DNA of 25,035 bases from Silvanigrellaceae bacterium (GTDB lineage: Bacteria; Bdellovibrionota_B; Oligoflexia; Silvanigrellales; Silvanigrellaceae), in the NCBI GenBank assembly GCA_049423385.1, contig JBMSQQ010000051.1, positions 1 through 25,035 of the forward strand, read 5' to 3'. Of this stretch, positions 18,052 through 25,035 are shown piece after piece (position 1 is the first letter of the stretch; each line of letters starts with the position of its first letter). A model generated the notes under the pieces. That model had not been told where the DNA came from. It worked only from the letters and a program-made list of their open reading frames with translations, and did not search any database. A program made the position numbers and the translations under genes.

Positions 18052-18078
18052 TTAAGAGATTCGGAGAAAAACCGAGAC
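18052..18078 (+). promoter_or_regulatory. Sigma28/FliA-like promoter (TTAA-N15-ACCGAGAC)
   Basis: Exact 15-nt spacer upstream of the LPMO-like gene. Confidence 0.5.
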
Positions 18079-18084
18079 AATGGC

Positions 18085-18636
18085 ATGGGGAGGGACCATG
18101 CCTTGAAGATTTCGCTGGCAGCAATATCAGTGGCCTGTGGCTTTGCATTTCTCGTTGAATCCAGCAACGCAGCCGCACACGCCCGCTGGAAACTCAACAG
18201 CACCATCTCGGCTCCCCGAACAAACGACCCCGGCCTCAAAACCGCGCCCTGTGGGGGAGTGGCACGCACAACCAACGTGAAAAAGTACCTCGCGGGTCAA
18301 AAAGCCACTCTCGAGTTCGAGGAAACTGTGAATCATCCAGGAAGATACGAGGTCTATCTGTTGGATGCGCAAGAAAAGCCGGTCGCTGGTGTGCCAAGCC
18401 CACTGGCGAAACTCGAAGACTCACAAAACGATCAAATCATCGGCAGCAATTTTCACCAGTACAACATCACCTTTGATGTACCCGCAATCGATTGCACGGG
18501 CTGTGCATTTCAATTGGTTCAAGTCATGCTCGACAACCCGAATTCACCCAGCAACTATTACTCCTGCACAGATATATCTATCAGCACCAAAGCCCTCGAG
18601 AAGCCGACAGGTGTGAAGATTGAAAAACTCAAATAG
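18085..18636 (+). CDS. Secreted His-brace copper protein, lytic polysaccharide monooxygenase-like (AA11/X325-like; resembles the myxobacterial SCE4755-type family)
   Basis: Signal peptide ends AAA|H, so the mature protein begins with His (18178). PCGG, second His in NHPG (18334), CTGC..Q..Q and YYSCTDI. The true start may be TTG 18103 (GGAGGG SD). Confidence 0.82.
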   Translation: MGRDHALKISLAAISVACGFAFLVESSNAAAHARWKLNSTISAPRTNDPGLKTAPCGGVARTTNVKKYLAGQKATLEFEETVNHPGRYEVYLLDAQEKPVAGVPSPLAKLEDSQNDQIIGSNFHQYNITFDVPAIDCTGCAFQLVQVMLDNPNSPSNYYSCTDISISTKALEKPTGVKIEKLK

Positions 18637-18648
18637 GACAGAAACCAA

Positions 18649-19116
18649 ATGAAGATTGGTTTGCGAACAACAGTGGCAGCGACTTTTCTGGCCTGGGGAT
18701 GCAGCACCCAGGTTGCCCCTCTGCCGATAGCTTCGCTCAAGCCCAACGCATCCTCCAAGTCGAACGTCGATGCTTCGGCAAATCAGCCCCAAAATCAAAA
18801 CAACACTCAAAATCAACCCGGCACTGCGCCACAGCCCAATGAAACAACAAAATCATTGAGGCTCAGCTGGAACAAATCCACGTCGTCGAGTGTTGGCGCA
18901 TATCAAATCTATCTTGCACCACCAGCTGAAGGTCCCGCCAAACTTCTCAAGACAGTGAGTTCTGGTGCTGCAAACTCAGTTCCGACAACGGTCGACTTAC
19001 CGTTGAAAGATTTGGGCACACAGCCTACGGCAGGATCCAATGTTTGTTTCTACATCGTAGCCGAGGATCCCGAGACGATTTCGCCGCCATCTGAGACTTC
19101 TTGCGCCCAGTTCTGA
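18649..19116 (+). CDS. Small lipoprotein with a Q/N-rich linker and a fibronectin type III-like domain
   Basis: Lipobox AWG|C. LSW...YQIY...CFYIVA...S.PS FN3 pattern. Starts 12 bp after the upstream stop and has an AGGA SD. Confidence 0.78.
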   Translation: MKIGLRTTVAATFLAWGCSTQVAPLPIASLKPNASSKSNVDASANQPQNQNNTQNQPGTAPQPNETTKSLRLSWNKSTSSSVGAYQIYLAPPAEGPAKLLKTVSSGAANSVPTTVDLPLKDLGTQPTAGSNVCFYIVAEDPETISPPSETSCAQF

Positions 19117-19268
19117 AGCCAAAATAGATTCCTAAAGGAATATCACTAAAACAATAGATTCTAAAAATCCCAAACGCATAGAAAATCGAAATCTTGCAGC
19201 AAGAACAAATAAAAACATAGCATTACAAAATCCGTATTTAACTAAAAAAAATACAACAACAAAAAAAC

Positions 19269-19295
19269 TCAATTAAAGCTGAAATTTACCGATTC
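19269..19295 (+). promoter_or_regulatory. Sigma28/FliA-like promoter (TCAA-N15-ACCGATTC)
   Basis: Exact 15-nt spacer, preceded by A-tracts that could act as an UP element. The -10 element ends 26 nt before GTG 19322. Confidence 0.55.
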
Positions 19296-19321
19296 CTCTC
19301 GGAAGGGGGGGGGGCAATCGC

Positions 19322-22300
19322 GTGTCGAGTTTCATGAGAATTTCATCAACCTCTATTCTCGTCCTCCTGCAATTGATTGGGGGCTGCACGCGTTCGTCAA
19401 ATTCAAAGGTTGCGAATGGTACTGCTCAAGACAAGCCCCCTTCTGGACCCACTTCTCCCTTTCCGACAGACGTGATTCCTCCCGTTCCCGTGACAGGAAG
19501 TTTCCTGACATCCGAATTGCTTGAAAAAGACGGCGGACAATTTGCGAATGTGACCGTGAGTCTTTTGGCGTTTTCAACTGCAACAGTGGACGTCACGGGA
19601 AACCCGCCCGCTCCTCGTGTGCTCTATTCGACCACCACCGACGCAAACGGTTATTTCAGAGCGCCAGTTGAAAAAATAGAGTCAACCAGAATTGAACTCA
19701 AGATTCAGACACAAGAGCGTATCATTGTCTCAGAATTTGTTCTTCCTCCGGATTTGGCGCTGAGTGTCAGCAAAGCAAGGGTGGGCGCAAATTTGCAACC
19801 TTTGAAGGATCTGACATCCAGTGGCAACGATAAGGCGCTTGCGATCGATCAGAGAAAATTGGTCCTGCAAGTTCCTGAAAACCGCGCGGGTGTGTTTATC
19901 GCAAACTCTCCCCAAAGCCCATTCGAAGAAGCGGTTTCGGTGGTTCCTTTCTCTGTGCCCATTCCTTCCGAATCTCAGCCAAAGACAAAAAAATGGTCCG
20001 CATTGACGACGAGTTATAATGCAAGCACAGAAAATTCGGCCCGTTTTTTTTGGGAAGACACCTTCACAGATGCGGCAAAGGTCAGGATTGTTTTTTCACC
20101 TTCTGAAATTTCTCTTTCCCAATGGGATGGATTAATTGAAAGTACTCCACAGTGGCCAGGCCATAACCCCAATGAAAATGTTGTCGCGGATTATTCGCAG
20201 TGCAATGATTCTTCCTACTCTGCTGGTAGCGGTTCGCTAAGCTCGGCGAGCGGCAGCAAGTGCGGAATCAGCCGAACAATTTTCCCTCTCAATTCAAATG
20301 AAAATGTTTACGCAAGAATCGTTAGCGAGTCGGCAGGAGAGATCAAGCTTTCTCCAGTTTTTGTTATTGAAGCTTTAAACACGGCACCGACTGTTACGCC
20401 GGTAGCCAATATCCAAGGCACTGAAGACACTGCAATGTTCGACGTTGCCCTGAGCATCGGCGACCAGGAAGACAATCTGACCTGTTCGTCGGCATTGACG
20501 GTACGTTCTGGCAACACGCTGCTTCTGCCAAATCGTAACATTTATATCTCAGGAATTGGCACCAACTGCAAACTCACACTTGTGCCATCTGCAGACCAAT
20601 CGGGTACGAGCATGATAAATGTTTCCGTGAGCGATGGTTCCCTCAGTGCAGAGACTAACTTTCTATACACCGTTGCACCGGTAAACGATCCACCGTCATT
20701 GGCAGCGATTGCGTCGCCTCAGACCACTAGTATCAATAATTCAAAAGCACTCAATCTTGTTGCAAACGATCCTGATGGCCCGCTCAACTGCTCAACTGAG
20801 AATTTCGCTTACGCATCTTCCAATTTCAACGTTGTCGCAGAAACGGGTGCAGTCGTTTGGGGCGGAAACTGGCCAAACTGCACAGCCATTATCGCTCCGG
20901 TCGCTACGATGACAGGAATCTCCGAAATCACAGTTACAGTTTCCGATGGTGTATTCACAGCTTCACAAACCTTCACTTTTTCTGTTTTAAAAACCGATGC
21001 CCCAGTAACACTTTCAGGGTGGTATCAAGAAGCCTACGTGAAGGCAGCAAATGCTGGTGGAAGTGATCACTTTGGCTCCTCAGTCTCTCTCTCCGGAGAC
21101 ACACTTGCGGTGGGAGCTCCGCGCGAAGACAGTAATCAAACCACCATCACCAACGGCTCAGGAACCAACACAGACAACAGCTTGAGTGATTCCGGAGCCG
21201 TTTATGTCTACAAACGCACAGGAAACGCGTGGGCCCAGGAAGCATTTTTGAAGTCAGCAAATGCAACCGCGTCACATGGATTTGGTGGGGCAGTCACACT
21301 CTCTGGCGACACACTTGCAGTCGCTGGTACTGCTTTCCCTGTTGGAGTTTTCGTCTACAAACGTACAGGCAGCACCTGGGCCCAGGAAGCTTATGTGATG
21401 GGGGCGAATGCTGCGAGTGGTGATTATTTCGGAATGAGTGTCTCGCTCTCGGGCGACACCCTCGCGGTTGGAGCAAACGAGGAAGACAGCAACCAGACCA
21501 CAATAACCAACGGTACAACAACAAATCCAAATAACTCACTGCTCGAGTCGGGTGCAGTGTACGTCTACAAGCGCACAGGAATCAGTTGGGCGCAGGAAGC
21601 ATTTATTAAAGCAGCAAATGCTGGATCCGGCGATTTTTTCGGATTTTCAGTCTCTCTTTCGGGTGACACCCTTGCAGTCGGGGCGCAAAAAGAAGACAGC
21701 AATCAAAACACCATCACCAATGGCACGAGTGCCAGTAGCGACGATCTGTCAACAGATTCCGGAGCGGTTTACGTTTACAGACGTACTGGAAGCACCTGGA
21801 GGCAAGAAGCGTACGTAAAGGCGGCGAATGCAGGAACAAATGATCTTTTTGGTGGCTCAGTCTCTGTTTCCGGAGACACTCTCGCAGTCGGGGCTACCAA
21901 TGAGAGCAGCAAACAAAACACAATTACCAACGGCACAACGGCCAGTGCAGACAACAGCGCGTCTTGGGCTGGTGCCGTTTACGTTTACAGGCGTACCGGC
22001 AGTGTTTGGGCCCAGGAAGCGTTTGTGAAGACGGTAAACGCGCGCGGAAGTCAGACTTTCGGAGAAAGTGTCTCGCTCTCTGGCGACACACTTGCAGTGA
22101 CATCAATCCGAGAATCCAGCAGCCAAACCACCATCACCAACGGGACAACAGCCAGTTTTGATACCAGCAAGGTTCAGTCGGGTGCCCTGTATATATACAA
22201 GCGAACTGGAAACTTATGGGAGCAGGAAGCCTACGTCAAACCCGCAAATGCAGACGCAAATGAATTTTACGGTCACTCAGTTTCCATTTCTGGCGACACT

Positions 22301-24814
22301 GTGGCAGTTGGATCGGATAATGAGGACAGCAACCAGATCACCATCACCAATGGCGCGACGGCGAGTCCAGACAACAGCAGGCCCGACTCAGGTGCCGTTT
22401 ATATTTACCGCCGATCGGGTCGATTGTTTGATCCCATTGAAGTTGTGGCATCAAGTTCCAGCTCTGCTTCTTTTGATGTGACTTGGAGAAGCGAAAACAC
22501 AGGAACTGCCAACGGCACAGTGAAGGTGGTGTACGGAACAACAGAACCTGCCGCACAATGTTCATCAGGAACGCTTGCATTTTCCGGCACCGCAGGTTCC
22601 GCATCGGTGACAAGTGGACTTGTTCCCGGAACGACCTACTTTGTTCGAGTTTGCAGTACCGATGGTTCCAACTGGTCGCAGGGAACTGTTTCGAGGGTCA
22701 TGGTCGTACCCAGTATCTCCACAGCTCCCACAGTCACGAGCATCGTTCGAGGAACCACCACCAATCCAGTCCCATTTGACGTTAACCGTATCGACTTTGT
22801 TGTATCCTTCAGTGACGAAATGACAGAAATTTTACCGTCCAATTTCACCTTGACGAAAATTGGCGGCACTGGTGTGCCTGCTGGTGTTGTCGATCAAATC
22901 TATTGTTCGGGCTCGAGTTGTGTCGTTTGGGCTATACCTTCTGCGAGTGGAGACCTCCGCCTGGATCTATCGAGTCCATCCGGTATCAGGGACAGATGGG
23001 GTAACCCACTTGGCGGGGCATTTACTGGCACCGGCGTTTACACCGTAACTTCGCGATGGCAACAGGAAGCTTATGTAAAGGCGACAAATGCAAATGCAAA
23101 TGATTTTTTTGGAAGTTCCGTGTCACTCTCTGGCGACACGCTCGCCGTGGGAGCCGACGACGAGGACAGCATCCAGAGCAGCATCACCAACAGTACAACA
23201 GCAAGTTCAGACAATTCTATCCCGGGTTCAGGAGCCGTTTATGTTTACAAGCGAACGGGGAACACGTGGAGCCAAGAAGCCTATGTCAAAACTTCAAATA
23301 AAAATGTGGACGATCACTTTGGTATTTCCGTCTCACTCTCCGGAGACACCCTTGCAGTGGGAGCCGTTGGAGAAGACAGCAGCCAGACCACAATCACAAA
23401 TGGCACGGGTACAAGTTCAGACAACAGCGCAACAGATTCTGGAGCCGTTTACCTTTACAAGCGGACCGTCAGCACATGGGCTCGGGAAGCGTATGTCAAG
23501 GCAGCGAATGCAGGGGCGGGTGATAATTTTGGAGTCTCAGTATCACTCTCGGGCGACACACTGGCTGCGGCGGCGAACTTGGAGGACAGCAATCAATCCA
23601 CGATCACCAACGGGACATCTGTGAATACGGACAATTCGGCAACAGATTCGGGAGTTGTTTACATTTATGGCCGCACAGGAAATTCTTGGGCGCAGGAAGC
23701 ATTTGTGAAGGCAGCAAACGCGAATACGGGTGATTTTTTTGGAACCAGTGTCTCTCTCTCGGGTGATACGCTCGCGGTGGGCACTCCTCAAGAGGACAGT
23801 AATCAGATCACCATCACCAACGGCGCAGAAGCCAGCGCAGACAACTCAATAACAGATTCGGGAGCGGTTTACGTTTACAGGCGGACGGGAAGCACCTGGG
23901 CACAGGAAGCTTTTGTGAAGGCAGCGAATGCAGGAGCAAGTGATCTGTTTGGTGCCTCTGTCTCCCTATCCGGAGACACACTTGCGGTTGGTGCACCCAA
24001 AGAAGACAGTGGTCAGAGAACCATCACCAATGGACCGGGCGCCAGCCCAGACAACAGCAAACCAGATTCGGGAGCCGTTTACATTTACAGGAGAATGGGA
24101 AGCAATTGGGCCCAGGAAGCTTTTGTGAAAGCGGCGAATGCCAGCAACAGTAACTATTTTGGATCCAGTGTCTCTCTTTCTGGTGATACTCTCGCAGTGG
24201 GCTCATACAGGGAACAGAGCAATCAGACCACCATCACCAACGGCACAACGGCAAGTTCAAACAGCGATGCGCGCTGGGCAGGTGCGGTCTACGTCTACAA
24301 ACGCACGGGCAGTTCATGGAGTCAGGAAGCTTATGTGAAGGCCACCAACGCAGAGGCGGGAGATTATTTTGGTCATTCTGTTTCGCTTTCCGGGGATTCC
24401 TTGGCCGTGGCCGCCGACCAGGAGGAAAGCAACCAGACCACTATCACCAACGACATTAACGCCAGTGTAGACAATAGTCTTATTGCCGCTGGAGCTGTGT
24501 ATGTTTACCGCTACACGGGACGGATGTTTGACCCAGACTTGCTTGTAAGTGCAAAGACACAAACCAGCATCAGCTTTACCTGGAATTCAAACCTAGGCAA
24601 CACAACAATGGTGAAGGTGGCTCCCGTCGCCAGCGGAAGCGGAACACCAGCACTAAATTGTAACGATGCAGCAGCAACAACACTCCCGGCTGGCACGACA
24701 GCCTATACCTACAGTGGGCTTACTGCAGGAACCAAATACGGATTCCGCTTCTGTGCTTGGGATGGCAGCAATGCAAGCGGCGGTTCAACGATATGGGAAG
24801 ACACCTCACCGTGA
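19322..24814 (+). CDS. Giant surface lipoprotein/adhesin: Ig/cadherin-like domains plus two 7-bladed FG-GAP (integrin-alpha-like) beta-propellers, each followed by FN3
   Basis: Lipobox IGG|C. NTAP and NDPP Ig-like modules. 14 repeats of WxQEAYVKAxNA..DxFGxSVSLSGDTLAVGA...GAVYVY. FN3 signatures VTW...PGTTYFVRV and FTW...GLTAGTKYGFR. Confidence 0.92.
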   Translation: MSSFMRISSTSILVLLQLIGGCTRSSNSKVANGTAQDKPPSGPTSPFPTDVIPPVPVTGSFLTSELLEKDGGQFANVTVSLLAFSTATVDVTGNPPAPRVLYSTTTDANGYFRAPVEKIESTRIELKIQTQERIIVSEFVLPPDLALSVSKARVGANLQPLKDLTSSGNDKALAIDQRKLVLQVPENRAGVFIANSPQSPFEEAVSVVPFSVPIPSESQPKTKKWSALTTSYNASTENSARFFWEDTFTDAAKVRIVFSPSEISLSQWDGLIESTPQWPGHNPNENVVADYSQCNDSSYSAGSGSLSSASGSKCGISRTIFPLNSNENVYARIVSESAGEIKLSPVFVIEALNTAPTVTPVANIQGTEDTAMFDVALSIGDQEDNLTCSSALTVRSGNTLLLPNRNIYISGIGTNCKLTLVPSADQSGTSMINVSVSDGSLSAETNFLYTVAPVNDPPSLAAIASPQTTSINNSKALNLVANDPDGPLNCSTENFAYASSNFNVVAETGAVVWGGNWPNCTAIIAPVATMTGISEITVTVSDGVFTASQTFTFSVLKTDAPVTLSGWYQEAYVKAANAGGSDHFGSSVSLSGDTLAVGAPREDSNQTTITNGSGTNTDNSLSDSGAVYVYKRTGNAWAQEAFLKSANATASHGFGGAVTLSGDTLAVAGTAFPVGVFVYKRTGSTWAQEAYVMGANAASGDYFGMSVSLSGDTLAVGANEEDSNQTTITNGTTTNPNNSLLESGAVYVYKRTGISWAQEAFIKAANAGSGDFFGFSVSLSGDTLAVGAQKEDSNQNTITNGTSASSDDLSTDSGAVYVYRRTGSTWRQEAYVKAANAGTNDLFGGSVSVSGDTLAVGATNESSKQNTITNGTTASADNSASWAGAVYVYRRTGSVWAQEAFVKTVNARGSQTFGESVSLSGDTLAVTSIRESSSQTTITNGTTASFDTSKVQSGALYIYKRTGNLWEQEAYVKPANADANEFYGHSVSISGDTVAVGSDNEDSNQITITNGATASPDNSRPDSGAVYIYRRSGRLFDPIEVVASSSSSASFDVTWRSENTGTANGTVKVVYGTTEPAAQCSSGTLAFSGTAGSASVTSGLVPGTTYFVRVCSTDGSNWSQGTVSRVMVVPSISTAPTVTSIVRGTTTNPVPFDVNRIDFVVSFSDEMTEILPSNFTLTKIGGTGVPAGVVDQIYCSGSSCVVWAIPSASGDLRLDLSSPSGIRDRWGNPLGGAFTGTGVYTVTSRWQQEAYVKATNANANDFFGSSVSLSGDTLAVGADDEDSIQSSITNSTTASSDNSIPGSGAVYVYKRTGNTWSQEAYVKTSNKNVDDHFGISVSLSGDTLAVGAVGEDSSQTTITNGTGTSSDNSATDSGAVYLYKRTVSTWAREAYVKAANAGAGDNFGVSVSLSGDTLAAAANLEDSNQSTITNGTSVNTDNSATDSGVVYIYGRTGNSWAQEAFVKAANANTGDFFGTSVSLSGDTLAVGTPQEDSNQITITNGAEASADNSITDSGAVYVYRRTGSTWAQEAFVKAANAGASDLFGASVSLSGDTLAVGAPKEDSGQRTITNGPGASPDNSKPDSGAVYIYRRMGSNWAQEAFVKAANASNSNYFGSSVSLSGDTLAVGSYREQSNQTTITNGTTASSNSDARWAGAVYVYKRTGSSWSQEAYVKATNAEAGDYFGHSVSLSGDSLAVAADQEESNQTTITNDINASVDNSLIAAGAVYVYRYTGRMFDPDLLVSAKTQTSISFTWNSNLGNTTMVKVAPVASGSGTPALNCNDAAATTLPAGTTAYTYSGLTAGTKYGFRFCAWDGSNASGGSTIWEDTSP
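21020..22430 (+). repeat. FG-GAP coding repeat array 1 (7 units, mostly 210 bp)
   Basis: Seven WxQEA units. Unit 2 is only 147 bp (21230-21376). Confidence 0.92.
23057..24530 (+). repeat. FG-GAP coding repeat array 2 (7 units of 210 bp)
   Basis: Seven Wx(Q/R)EA units at 70-aa spacing, ending GRMFDP, like GRLFDP in array 1. Confidence 0.92.
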
Positions 24815-25035
24815 AAACAAGAACAGCATTGCTTGTAAAGATTTTTGAAAATTGCTCCGCCTCGTGAATCGAACTGAAGAATGTTTAATTTTGGGTTTTG
24901 CGCAGCAAAGAAAAAGAGGCAGGATTTAACTACCGACCTCTCAATACACCGCCAGAACGGACAAACTTCCAGTATATCCTGTGATTTCAATCACGGCGTC
25001 CGTTGCGGCATTGAAGCCTGAAACACCATCGTTGA

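Noticed and set aside
21020..24530. Regular DNA repeats as a CRISPR array or DGR target
   Set aside because: They are in-frame 210-bp coding repeats with synonymous variation. There are no cas genes, reverse transcriptase or adenine-specific template/variable pair.
24709..24990. 93-aa minus-strand ORF at the window end
   Set aside because: It overlaps the adhesin 3' end and has no motif. A real gene may end here from beyond the window, but I cannot support it.

Overview
Bacterial genomic window with about 15 real genes and no rRNA, tRNA, CRISPR array or mobile element that I can see. The one housekeeping island is a class Ia ribonucleotide reductase operon (nrdA-nrdB, minus strand). Nearly everything else encodes exported proteins, nine of them predicted lipoproteins: a 5'-truncated tandem-repeat cytochrome c with Ig-like domains, a RoxA/MauG-like di-heme lipoprotein, a lipoprotein with a C-terminal R-S-E ADP-ribosyltransferase (ART) toxin domain, an M23 peptidase, a NodB-type deacetylase with Cys-rich repeats, a divergent outer-membrane barrel / alpha-beta hydrolase pair, an EEP nuclease, a His-brace LPMO-like protein with an FN3 lipoprotein partner, and an 1830-aa double FG-GAP beta-propeller adhesin. 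Two cross-gene patterns stand out. First, five genes have a sigma28/FliA-like promoter with exact spacing (T[CAT]A[AGT]-N15-[AT]CCGA). Second, the lipoproteins share a short Ser-containing motif just after the lipidated Cys. The gene content and promoters suggest, by inference only, a Bdellovibrionota/Oligoflexia-like organism and a co-regulated surface attack or polymer-degradation arsenal. Start codons were re-chosen from SD sites and signal peptides where the ORF track overextends.
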